This document shows positions 24,813 through 37,681 of a stretch of DNA of 64,000 nucleotides, piece by piece. Source of the stretch: Flaccisagitta enflata. Lineage: Eukaryota. The notes under the pieces were generated by a model that saw only the letters and a list, made by a program, of their open reading frames with translations, did no database searches and was not told where the DNA came from. Both the position numbers and the translations under genes were made by a program. Within the stretch, counting starts at the first letter, position 1, and each line of letters begins with the position of its first letter. The stretch spans positions 19,034,001 through 19,098,000 of the forward strand of contig OZ231126.1 of NCBI GenBank assembly GCA_965153355.1. The letters run 5' to 3'.

Positions 24813-27755
24813 GCAATTGATGACAATGAACAAAAATGAAACAGCATTCAAGCTAAAAGAAGTTTCTTGCGACGGTATATCAAAGAAACAATGAAATAAA
24901 ATAACCCAGCGGCCAGCGGCCAGCGTTTGATGATTATCACGCTTGCGTGCCACGCATAGCAAAAAATTCGATTTTCTTCTCGTCCCACTAACCCAATAAG
25001 GCTAAAAAATCCATAAGACAACTGTTTTTTTCCTAAAATCCTTCATCTTCCGTTTTTGCTTTGGCTTAAAGTTTACTCAGATTTCCTCAGATTCAGCAAA
25101 ATCCCAGTGGGGTTCTGTTGTATGAACAATTGTTAGTTTTAGAAAACTATGATTGTGTAAAATAAATCAAAATATTATCAGAGCATATGCCATAAGAGCT
25201 TAATAAAAAGCAGGTTAACAATTTTTTCCAAAGAGCAGAAGTTTATAAAAGCTAATTCAGAGAAGATTAAAGATAATTTTTTTATCCCACTGCAATATAC
25301 AAATTAGGCTTTCAAAAACAATTTTCTAAAACGTAGCATTTAATAATTGGAGCAAGAAAAAACGGGTAATAGTCCTAAATCGCCCACTCCACATTAGGTA
25401 AAGAGGATGAAAAGAAATAAGCAACTTTTGCTATGTGAAGCACCCAATTATCACGCCATTCTTATAAAGCACTCGTCTCAGTGTGTGTGCCATTTGCAAG
25501 AAACCATTCGCGAGATACCATTTTGGCCTCGCATCCGTCCATTTCGGCCTCGTATCCATCCATCTTAGCTACATCCATCCATCTTAGCAAAATCCATACA
25601 TCCCGGCCTCATATCCATCCATCTTGGCCTCATGTCTATCCATCTTATCCGTTCATCTCGGGTATATCCGGCCGTCTGGGCCGTATCATTCATCCTTCTC
25701 TCACCTAAAGAGTGAAAGAGAGGAAAAACACTTTCCTCCCGACCGCCATTTATTGTGGTGTTTGTGACACATCAACGAGAAATGATAGCAGCCCAAAGGC
25801 AGTGAATGGTCAGCGGTACCCGTGCCCTGCTTGAGAAGTGTGTGATTTAAGTTGAGGGGGAGCAGGGCAACGGCCCGGAAGGCGACAAAGTCCTGTAGAA
25901 CACATGGGGAATCTGACGATGACGACGTTGAAACGGCGTCGTCGTTGTCGTCATCGTCATCGTCACTGTGGATGCCCGCGACGATGTCTTTACCGAGGAG
26001 ACTCGAGATACGACCTGATTTGATTTGTAGAAAAACAGTAAATAAACAAAGAGAAATTAACAGCCCTATTGGTAGCATAAGACAGCTGGGTAACAATAAA
26101 GTCACTAACTTCAGAACAGGGTGTTCTGAGGTTAACGATTTTACTGATTTCGAAGCTCACTTTTTAAGTAGGTAGTCTTAGGATGTGTTGACATTTTTTT
26201 CTGTTTTCCCGTACTAAAAAATCTTCACTCTTCCTGGTTTTCGTTAGCAAAAATGCTGCAGATGCTAGAAAAACCATGAGCAAAATTTTTTTATCGATTA
26301 CCTCTTCAAAATATGACAAAATCGCGGTGGAAGTGGCTCGGAAAAAATGGAGCCAAAACACTTTTTCATTTTTTTCTCAAAATATGTCGTCTTCAAATTT
26401 CACCATTTTCTCGGCAATGTTGCCCCTGTAGGTGATGTTGATAACAGCAAAAAAAATTGGATACTACTCCTCTCAAAATGGGACTAAATGACGAAAAAAA
26501 GTTTTGAGCGTTAAAGTCATTAATTTCAGCGATTTTACTGATTTCAGTAATTTCACTGATTTTAACAATTTCAGTCCCCTTTTGCGCAATACCATTCTAA
26601 AGGTTCCAAAGTTGCTGATTTTGACGACTCTGTTACATCCTGAAGTCACTGAATTTAGTGACTTGTCCCACTTTTAATCCTCAATTTACAAGATCTACTA
26701 CAAGACTGAATGGTTATATTGGAGATTTCCTAAGGAGTGTTTTTCATATCAAAATCTTAAATAAATTCAATATATTTAAAAAGATATTAAATGAAACAAA
26801 ACGAGATGACATGTCTTTCACGAACAAGGCGACCGGAAGTCTTCCAAGAGAGGACTCTCTACAAGAATCGTAGAGAGAACTGGAAATCTGTGATCGTAAC
26901 CGAGATGAGCAAGGGAATGAACCATCAACACGAGCAAAGAGCTGTAAATTGGAAACAAATGAAGAAAAGATTCGTTAAACCAAAAGGACTATTGACCCAC
27001 TCCTTCTGAAAATGAAATGAATTGAGTAGAATTTATCATTTCAATAGACTGAACAAATTCCTGCTTAGGAAGAAAATCATCTGTTAATCTTTTCACATTT
27101 GTGATCACCTTAAGATTCATCATTGGCGATGAATAAGCGGGTGAGAATGGGTTATGAGATCATTTTGGTAAAATACCTGAGAGGACATAGTTTGCTGAAG
27201 CCTTAAAATATTCTGGAACAAATGAATAGTAATTCTTCCCATGATGCTGCAAAAGATTTTGCATGGCTGCTTCTACCAAAAGTACCTGAAGGGACCTATA
27301 CATCACCGTTGTCCACAGTTGTTTATTTAGCCTTGTTTACTGATAAATTCTGTTTTGTTATGACAGTGAATCACAAGTTTATTTCTGTTTAGTTGTTGCA
27401 AGAGATTAAAGACTCTCTCTCCCATTTTTGGTTTCCAGTTTGAAAATCAGTATAATGTAGTAGACAAGCAAATTTTTCCCCACTTCTGCATGTGTAGAGA
27501 GAAAGGAGAAAGATGTTTTAAAACGGTGATGATTTATTACTACTAGGCAAGCCGTTATTCACATTATTATCCTTTTGATTACCTATTGATAAGTTGCTGC
27601 CTCATCAAACAAACCTACAACCAAAGATTGACAGACAGATAAATCTTAATGGTTGTTGTTATTTGCTGGGGAGTTGTTGTCTCATCGTTCTCTTAGGTTA
27701 CTGTAAGTCTTGTAACACATCTTGTAAATTGAGGATTAAAAGTGGGACAAGTCAC

Positions 27756-28339
27756 TGTGAGGGAAAATATCTTGTACCAGTCTCTTCCGGCGGCGGCTCC
27801 GTCGCGTCGGCGGCGCCTCGCTCCGTCGTTGCCGGGATCCGCCGGCGTCGCTCTTCGTCGGCGTCGCGCTCTGCGCTCCGTTAGCGTATCGCTCCATCAG
27901 CGTATCACTCCATCAGCGTCTCATACAAAACCCTCTATTCCACGCTGTCTACCCGGTTTATGGAGGCACATCTATACACAAATGGACACGTAGGTTATAT
28001 CTCTCTTTTAACGATGGAATGATGATATTGGCTAACGATAGGAAATTACTAGGGGCACCTGACTTTATACTATCTGGCAGGTGTAAGCAAAGAAACGTGA
28101 GTACAAAGTGGAAACACTGTCTGGAAGAAAGAATGATTGTATAACGATTATTTATGACCACAGATAAAGTCACAGTTTGAGTCACAGCCCTGGCCACAGC
28201 TACTCGGAATCGTCCACAGCTTCTGCCACAGCTTCTTCCACAGTCTTTCCACAGTTCTTCCAACGCGTCGCCGCTACGCTGCCGCCACGCTGTTGCCGCA
28301 CTGCCGCCGCGTCGCCGCTGCGTGAAATGCGTCCTGACA
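27756..28339. mobile_element. Solo LTR (584 bp), Gypsy-like, 4-bp TSD TCAC
   Basis: TCAC|TGTGAGG ... CCTGACA|TCAC. The empty site GGGACAAGTCACTAAATTCAG is visible in the paralogous arm at ~29927-29948. Confidence 0.8.
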
Positions 28340-28399
28340 TCACTAAATTCAGTGACTTCAGGATGTAACAGAGTCAGCAACTTTGGAACGGAAAAAAAA

Positions 28400-28576
28400 A
28401 TTGAAATGGGAGCGGAAGCGGAAGCTTTAAAGATTTTTGAAATGGAAGCGGAAGCGGAAGCGGAAGCGAAAAAAAATTTTTGAATGGAAGCGGAAGCGGA
28501 AGCGGAAGCAAAAAAAATTTTGAAAATGGAAGCGGAAGCGGAAGCGGTCCAAAAATTTGGCGCTTCCACATCACTA
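28400..28576 (-). repeat. (GGAAGC)n-containing subterminal repeats ending in a hAT-like terminus (revcomp TAGTGATGTGGAAGCG)
   Basis: Four blocks of GAAATGGAAGCGGAAGCGGAAGC; only one terminus is visible. Confidence 0.45.
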
Positions 28577-30479
28577 TTCAAAAGTATCAAGGTTCTTACC
28601 CTTTTTAATAGGATTATATGTACATAAATTAAACAACACACACCAAATTGTTCAAAAGGAATTTTCAACGAATATCAAAATATCAGTATTCAGTGATGAT
28701 TTTTCAATGCTTCAATGCTTGGTAGACTGGTTTTCAATCACTTCTTGACAAATCTATCATCTTTTTTTTGCACTTGACTTCTTGGCCGAATTTGTTCCCC
28801 AACCTTTGCCTGATAAAAGAATATCGTTATGGATGGGTGGGCACAACAACAACAACAAGAGCAAAAGTCAAGCTGCTCAATTTGATGAAAAACTATGGTT
28901 AAGGCAGTCAACAGAAAACTAAGGACCCGTTTAAAGTTGCTGACCAGTTTCATTATTCTCTTTTGGTTTCATTTGGTATCTTGTGACATTTGGTCTTTAA
29001 AATCTATCTGTCTGTCAATGTTTGGTTGTAGGTTTGTTTGATAAGGCAGCAACATATCAATAGGTAATCAAAAGGATAATAACGTGAATAACAGCTGGAC
29101 TATTAGTAATAAATCACCACCATCTTAAAATACATGCAGAAGTGGGGGAAAATTTGCTTGTCAACTACATTAATATGGATTTTCAAACAGGAAACTAAAA
29201 ATGGGAGAGACAGTCTTCAATCTCTTGCAACAACTAGACAGAAATAAACTTGAGATTCACTGTCATAATGAAACAGAATTCATCAGTAAACAAGGCTAAA
29301 TAAACAACTGTGAACAACGGTGGTGTATAGGTCCCTTCAGGTACTTTGGTAGAAGCAGCCATGCAAAATCTTATGCAGCATCGTGGGAAAGAATTACTTT
29401 CCATTTGTTCCAGAATATTTCAAGGCTTCAGCAAATCATGTCCTCTGAGGTATTTTACCAAAATGATCTCATAGCCCATTCTCACCCGCTCATTCATCGC
29501 TTATGATGAATCTTAAGGTGATCACAAATGTGAAAGATTAACAGATGATTTTCTTCCTAAGCAAGAATTTGTTCAGTCTATTGAAATGATAAATTCTACT
29601 CAATTCCTTTCAGATAGAGTGCGTCAATAGTCCTTTTGGTTTAATGAATCTTTTCTTCATTTGCTTTCCAATTTACAGTTCTTCACTCTTGTTGGTGGTT
29701 CATTCCCTTGCTCGTCTCGGTCACGATCACTGATTTGCAGTTCTCTCTATGATTCCTGTAAGGAGTCCTCTCGTGGAAGACATCCAGTCACCTTGTTTGT
29801 GGAAGATATGTCATCTTGTTTTGTTTCATTTAATATCTTTTTGAATATATTGAAAAACGCTCTTAAGGAAATCTCCAATATAACCATTCAGTCTTGTAGC
29901 ACATCTTGAAAATTTAAGATTAAAAGTGGGACAAGTCACTAAATTCAGTGACTTCAGGATGTAACAGAGTCGTTAAAATCAGCAACTTTGGAACCTTTAG
30001 AATGGTATTTCGCAAAAGGGGACTGAAATTGTTAAAATCAGTGAAATTACTGAAATCAGTAAAATCGCTTAAATTAATGACTTTAACGCTCAAAATTTTT
30101 TTTCGTCATTTAGTCCCATTTTGAGAGGAGTAGTATCCAATTTTTTTTTGCTGTTATCAACATCACCCATCACACAAAATTTTTGTCGGCTGGGAGAAAG
30201 TCAGTTTAAATGAATCATTTATCCAAGAGCATCATTTTACTGCAAAGGATCGGATCAGAATTTTTATTTTTTTCTTTTTTTATTCATAATTTCATTCCTA
30301 CCACGAGTTGCATGGGAAGAACGCTTGTAAGTTGAGGAGAAATGTATCAATCCAATAACTGACACTGCAGAACCAGGTGAGATAAATACTGACCAATTCC
30401 AAGAGTTCAGCGAACAATATTCAAAATAAACAAAATGGATATCAACTTAAAAAGGTGTAATGTGATGGTTATTTTAGAT

Positions 30480-31070
30480 AAAAACGACAAAGATGAGAGA
30501 GAGAACGCCTTCTATGATGAAGGAGAACAACGCTGACGATGACGAGAACAATCAGCAGCGATGAAGGAGGAGAATGATTAGCGGTGAAGGAGAAAAACGA
30601 CAGCGATGAAAGAGGGGAATGACAAAAATAAAGGAGAAGAATAACAATGAAGGAGAAGAACAACAACAATAACGGAGAAGAACGACGACACTGAATGAGA
30701 TGAATGACGACGATGAAGGAGAAGAACGACAACAATGAAGGAGATGAACAACAACAATGACGGAGATGAACGACAAGGATGAAGAAGAGGAAAAACGACG
30801 ATGAAGGAGAAGAAAAACGACAAGGATGATGATGTGAAAAGACATAATCAAGGAGAAAGACCATGACAATTAAAGAAAAGAATGACAACAATGAAGGGGA
30901 AAAACAATGACAATCAAGGCAAAGCAGAATAATGAAGATGAAGGAGGGCAAAAACGACGACAATGGGGAGTGGAACATTTCAGGAAAAGAACTGGGATGA
31001 GGAAGAAGAACAATGACACAGAGAATAAGAACAACAATGATAGCAACAGCCATAATGCAATGAGCAACGA
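30480..31070. repeat. Degenerate GAA/CAA-rich tandem repeat (GAAGGAGAAGAACGACAACAAT-like units)
   Basis: Read directly; purine-biased periodic units. Confidence 0.8.
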
Positions 31071-32793
31071 CTAGACCAGGAAATTTGATATTTGCCTGTT
31101 TCTGTCAATTTCTGTTCCTTTTTAAATAATTGTTACATTTGTGTTTCATACATTGATGTTAAAATTAAGAAACTTGGTTTTTTGAATTTCACATTAGCCA
31201 TTTCTTCATCCTTGTTTGATCACTGCTCCGAACTGAGGCCAGTACTAGGCGGGTGAGGCTGGGCAAGGTTGGTGAGGCCAGGTTTAGGTCAGTGAGGTCA
31301 GGATTAGGTTGGCGAGGTTGGAACAGGTCGCTGAGGCTAGGAATAGGTTGGTGAGGCCTATAGTAGGTTGATGAGGCCAAGATAAGCCGTGGTTTTTGGG
31401 TGCTTCACAAGGCATAAGTTGGGAATATCTTTTACTTTAATTTTGGATTTAAAGTTTATTGGTTAAAAAAAATCAAGGTATAAAAAAAAATAATTTTAAT
31501 GTTAAAACGCTTGTTGTAGAAGAGTTTACATGAAATATAGATAAACTAATTATAAAAGTAAATTAGTAATAATTATTTTTAAAAATATGAGTATGTTGAT
31601 TGATTTCACTGCATAATACAAATCAGGTTTTTATAAAAAACAAAAAATATAAAAGATATAACCTTTATTATAATAAAATCAAATTGATCATTATATTTAT
31701 GATTAAAAGAGATATAATGAAATTCCTTACTTTTGGATATGTGGAGCACCCAACCGGGGTTAGGACGTTGAGACAGGGATGCATCACAATGCCTGACAGC
31801 TGTAGATGCATCTTCAAATACAATTGAATCTCGCTCCAATGGATAGCAAGGGACCAACAAATTTTTTACTCCGCAGCGCTCCGCAGCTCTCCATTTTGCT
31901 ACGCTCACTCTTTCCATTCATGGGCTCTCTGACACACTTCACTCACTCCTTTGGACGATTGAAATTCATGAAAATGTGTTCACGCTGTAATCGCGCATAA
32001 GAGGATTTAACACGATAATTGTCATCACTAGAAACACGCCCTTAGTGCGGCTGTGTTATGTCACATTTGGCCAAAACGCATCACTTATGGCCAAAATGCC
32101 TTACATGTAGCCGTTATATAACAAGTGACGTGGGTCCACAATATTGAGGCAGACAGGTGGGCAGGGGCATATCAACGCAATCCATTCCCTTCCCAAACCC
32201 AAGCTAAGGGTCTATTTCTACTCGAGACAATCGCGTTTTTAAAACACCACTTGGTCGTTTGCATCGCGACACAGCGCTCCGCTTTGCTACAATCGCTCCA
32301 CTCGCTCCGTTCATGAACAGACTGGCAGAGAGATAACAGACAAACAGAGTTGTTTGTTCGCAACTTAAAACGTTTTAATTTTTGATATGTAAGAAAAACG
32401 TTCTATGCAATTGCAGTAAGAGTAATTACGTGATTGCTGTTCAACTCACTCAGGATACGTCAAGGGGTTGGATGATCATTCATGCAAAGTTTCTGAAATT
32501 TTCATCGAACATTTTTTAAGCTGTATTTGCTTGAAATTTTCAGGCAGGTAGGCTGGTTGGCGTGGGTTTACTTCTCAAAACTTCCTGAAACTTAATACAG
32601 TAGTAGACATGGTCATTTGACGTTACCGCACAAAAAATCAAGCCAATCCGTTGATTCGTCTCTGAGTTATGGCATTTCAAAAATCAGAAAAGATAAGTCA
32701 CGATTATTTCAATTCACGATTCAATTTGTGCGTGGGAGCATTTGCTCGATTCATTAATGATACCTTTGCTTTATTTTCATCATGAAGCAGAGT

Positions 32794-32865
32794 GGCCTCA
32801 TGGCCTATTGGTTAAGTTGCTTGATTTCAGACTTTGCAGTCGCGAGATCGAGCCTGGTTGGACGC
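32794..32865 (+). pseudogene. Degenerate tRNA-like sequence (possible tRNA-Arg-derived SINE head or pseudogene)
   Basis: A-box-like TGGCCTATTGG and B-box-like GAGATCGAGCC at tRNA spacing over ~72 nt. The acceptor and anticodon stems do not pair well. Confidence 0.3.
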
Positions 32866-34559
32866 TCCTTTTTAAATTCTGACATTTCAGGGAAGGTGGA
32901 AGAGGAGGGATGAAGGGAGACCACGTGACAGAAAGTGAGTGGCAGTGAGGGTGCGCAAACATCCGAGAGCAGTAAAGGAACTATAATTAAAAGCATATTT
33001 GTCTGGAAGAATTTCAACTAAATTCTGAGCCCGGCATTAGAAATTTACAATGTACAGGGGCAACTTTGCCAAGAAAATGGTGAAATTTGAAGATGACATA
33101 TTTTGAGAAAAAAATGAAATAGTGTTTTGGCTCCATTTTTTGCCGAGCCACTTCCGCCTTCATTTTGTCATTTTTTGAAGAGGTAATTGATAAAAAAATT
33201 TTGTCAATAGTTTTTCTTGCATCTGCAGCATTTTTGCTAACAATAACCAGGAAGAGTGAAGATTTTTTAGTACGGGAAAACTGAAAAAACTGTCAACACA
33301 TCCTGACACTACCTGCTTAAAACGTGAGCTTTGAAATCAGTAAAGTCGTTAACTTCAGAACACCCTGTTCTGAAGTTAGTGACTGTGGTTGTTACCCAGC
33401 TGCAACAGGTCTATACAAACATGGAATTTCAGGCCAGAATTGAGTTTTCTGCCAGATTTGGGCTGATTTTGCTAATTTAGCCATTATGCTTAATTTAAAT
33501 GGGCCATTGTGCTTGGATCTGGGCCATATTGCTTGGAATTGGGCTATTTGGCAGAATTTGGGTCAGAAGCCCTGAGGAATGGGCAGGGGGGGACGGATGG
33601 ACATATGGACGGACGTACAGACAGACAAATTCCCCCTGTGTTCTACAGTACTTTATCCCCTTCGGGGCCGCTGCCCAAGAGGCAAGGAAGAAAGCAGGGA
33701 AGAAGGCAAGGAAGAAGAAAATGCCAGTGGAATTCGCGCGAAGACACACTTTGGAGGAACCACCGGTGAGTAAAATGCTTTCAATCGTAAAGGGATAAAG
33801 GCCGCCTCGCAAACAGTCAATCAGCTTCCTCATGTTTTAAATGCTTCCATGGCTGAACTTATCTTATTATTATACATTAATATGCCTTAATAAGTCTTTA
33901 GTAAGCTCTTAATTTTGAAAAATGTGAAGATGCACTTGTTGGAGAGGGCGCCAATTCGGGGAACTGTTGTAATCATCTTATCATTAGACGTTTTGACACC
34001 CCTCTCAAAATTAGGCCAACTGGGATCAGAACAAGCCTGTAAATGCTTCATAAATTACTTATAAAGAGTCTGAGTGTTTGAGTAACTTTGGAATATGTTA
34101 TTTCCGGCAGGGTTACACAAAAATTGTCCAAAGAATGTCAACCAATGGCACCTTATCTCTTCTTTCGATTGATATCATACTATGGTATTTCTGATGGAAG
34201 TTCCAAATTGACCGGTAAAACCAACCTATTTGTCAATGGATTTAGTCGCTTTGTGGTGCTGTTTCTTATTCCCAATGTGTCACTGTTGCCTGGTAGAGAA
34301 TGACAGTTTTCGCCCCACGCATATGGGAAAAAATGAGAGAGTTTGTGCAGTCTCCTCATGAGGAGATTTCTTGTCAAAATCAGTCAAAATCTTCCACCAC
34401 ATTTTTGACATAGCACATAAACTAGGGCTACACTATGCAAATAATTATTTATTTCAGCAAAAATACTATGTTTAGCTATTCTCAGGCTAAATTTCAACCT
34501 CTCACCATTATCATTCTTCTCTACTTCTCACTCATTCTCTCCTCTCTCTTTCTCTCTCG

Positions 34560-34694
<135 letters not shown>

Positions 34695-35337
34695 CTTTCT
34701 CTTCCGTATTTTGAACATTATGTTCATGAACTGTTTGTACGGGGGCACAAGGAGTTCTTCCATTCCACGCCCGCTAGACTTTGTTAAGTCGTTGCCCCAT
34801 AATCTCTGAAGCTCTCAGCGTTTTCCATGTAACGTTTTTCTCCGTATTTACTATTTATGTGCGTCCTCGCACATCTGTATGAAGTCATGACTGTCGGTCA
34901 GTGGGTCCGTACGCAAACGTAAAAATTGCTCCGACGTCTTTCATCATGCCATATTCAATCAATCATTGATTCATTCATTCATTCCTATTAAGGCACGGTG
35001 TGACGGCGAAGGATCAAGCATCATGGAACAACAACAACAACAACAACAACAACAAATAACAACAACAACAATAACAATAATAACAACTAATAACAATAAT
35101 AATAAATAAATAACAATAAACAACCACAACAACAACAACGGCAGCAGCAGAACGAACGGTGTGATGGCGAAAAGAAACAATGGGCTCGATCTCTCTCAAA
35201 TGTGGGGCGTCATATTGCCGCCCCGCAGAAGATCTTACAAACATTGATACACCAAACCGTATAGAAACTTTACAAATGTGAACGTGGAGGCATTGACAGC
35301 CTCTGGCCAGCCCAAATTTTGATTTACCACTATAGTT

Positions 35338-36215
35338 TCTGCTGCCTCTGCCAAAACCGCCTCTGCCGCTGCCACCTCTACTGCTGCCGCCTCTGCTGCT
35401 GCCGCTGCCGCCTCTACGCTACCACCTCCGCTGCTGCCACTGCCGCCTCTGCAGCCACAGCCTCTGCCGCTGCCGCCTCCGCCGCCTCTTCCGCCTCTTC
35501 TGCCTCTGCCATCTCTGCATCCGCTGCCTCTGCCACCTCTGCCGCCTCTGCCACCTCTGCCGCCTCTGCTGCCTCTGCTATTGCTGCCTCTGCCGCTGCT
35601 GCTTATGCCACTGTCGCCCCTGCTGTGCCTGCCTCTGCTGCTGCCGCCTCTGCTGCTACCGCCTCTGCCGCTGCTGCGTCTTCTGTTGCTGCCTCTGCCT
35701 CTGCTGTCGTTGCCTCTGCCGCTGCCACCTCTGCCACTGTCGCCTCTGCCGCTGCCGCCTCTGCCACTGCCGCCCCTGCCACTATCACCTCTGCCGCTGC
35801 CGCCTCTGCTGCTGCCGCCTCTACTGTTGTCTCCTCTGCCGCTGCCGCCACTGCCGCCTCTGCCGCTGCCGCCTCTGCCGCTGTGACCTCTGAAGCTGCC
35901 GCCTATACCAATGCCACCTCTGCCACTGCCGCCTCTGCTACCTCTACTGCCTCTGCTGTCTTTGACGCTGCCGCCTATACCACTGCTACCTCTGCCATTG
36001 CCGCCTCTACTGTTGCCACCTCTGCCGCTGCCGCCTCTGTGGCCGCCGCCTCAGCCGCTACCGCCAGTGCTGGCAGAGGTGGCAGCGGCAATGGCATAGG
36101 CGGCAGTGGCAGCGGCAGAGGCGGCAGCAGCATAGGCAGAGGCAGAGGCAGAGGCAGCAGAGGTAGCGGCGGCAGTGGCAGTGATAGAGGCGACATCAGC
36201 AGTGGGAGAGGTAGG
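35338..36215. repeat. Degenerate (GCC/GCT/TCT)n trinucleotide minisatellite with an inverted terminal segment
   Basis: GCCTCTGCCGCT-type units to ~36065, then their reverse complement (GGCAGAGGCGGC) from 36070 to 36215. Confidence 0.85.
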
Positions 36216-37615
36216 AGATAGGATCAGTGAAATTCTGGTTCCCAGAGGTGGACTAAGGATGTAAAGGTGCTTGAAGAATGTGAAACAACTATTTCCTCTG
36301 TGATATATATGATTCCCTTTTTGATGCTCATTTGTCAACTTGTTTATCTTTTGTTCGTCTCGGGCAACTATACTTTGATAATTCCAAATTACATTCATTC
36401 ATTCATTCATTCATTCATTCATGCATTCATTCATTCATTCATTCATTAATTCATGTATTTATTCAAAACGCTCATTCACATATTCGTACTCAGCAGCAGC
36501 ACACATATTGGCCATAACTTGACAATGTTTTAAGTCGCTTTCTAAGCAACTCTATCAGAGGATGTGTCCGTAGGTATGTCTGTATGAGAATGTATGCGGG
36601 AAAGTCCGTTACGCGAAAATTTGAATCAGGCAAAATTGGCTGAAATAGCGACTTTTTAGCATAACCGCCCCCACCAACTCACATACTGCCCCCGCCCACC
36701 CGCATTTCTGCCCAAGGGACTACTTATTGACCGTGTATCCGGTCTTGTTTAAATGTTAGACGCTTCCCTTGCTTGTATCCTGGATCATGTTCTGGTGTCC
36801 ACCCGTCTGCGCTTTGAGATCGTTAGAAAATTGGCAAAACCTCACACGACCGTGTGTATCTGACGGGCGGACGCATCGTGGCCAATATAAACCCTTGACA
36901 CTGAAAAATACCAGCCGACCACCTAGAACCACCTGACCTTCCTAAAACACCATATGGATGGACGTCCGGACGGTGGGGCAGAAAACTTGCATCTGAAGAT
37001 GATGATACGATAGTCCGCGTTTGAATCTACAAATTCAAAAATGAGCCAGGCCACGCATAATTAATTGTACAATTATTCAAATAATCAGCTATACTCCGAG
37101 CATATTGGTCTTAACCGACATATTGTGCATCGAATGTTCTACAATCTACACACGTGATGATATTAATATGAATCTACTCCTGCTTTCACGTCAATTTTTT
37201 AAAAGCCTTTCAGTTCTTTCCATATATCCATCTTCGCGTCGCAATTACCATCTAAGCAAACGCAATATCCCCCCCCATCCCCATCCGAATGGAGCCGCTA
37301 CAAAGTCGATTCCACCACCAAACAGCCAGAGCCGTTGCAATCATGCTAACACAAAGCAACCGCCTCTACCATCATCATCATAAACCCCCTCTCCTCTACA
37401 CCACCACCCACACCACCAACACACCACCAACATTACCTTTTCAGTTGCGTGTTCGCGGCTCGACAATCTCCTACGTCTGTTGGTCCGTTGGTCAGTCAGT
37501 CAGTTGGTCGGTCGTTGTGTCTGCCCGTTACAATTTATTCTTTCGACATAGACGGGACACACAGACAGACAGGTGGACAGACAAAACTCTCTCTCTCTCT
37601 CTCTCTGTCTCTGTC

Positions 37616-37681
<66 letters not shown>

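Larger units (their letters stand above)
26083..33402. mobile_element. Large foldback DNA element with ~1.57-kb inverted arms; right arm split by a ~2.9-kb segment
   Basis: Left arm 26083-27649 is the reverse complement of 33402-33053 plus 30167-28998. Termini read CAGCT|GGGTAACAA ... TTGTTACCC|AGCTG (possible AGCT TSD with GGG..CCC ends). No transposase ORF. Confidence 0.8.

Noticed and set aside
32794-32865. Functional tRNA-Sec (TCA in the anticodon position)
   Set aside because: It has no long variable arm and the stems are broken; more likely CpG decay of a TCG anticodon in a tRNA-derived relic.
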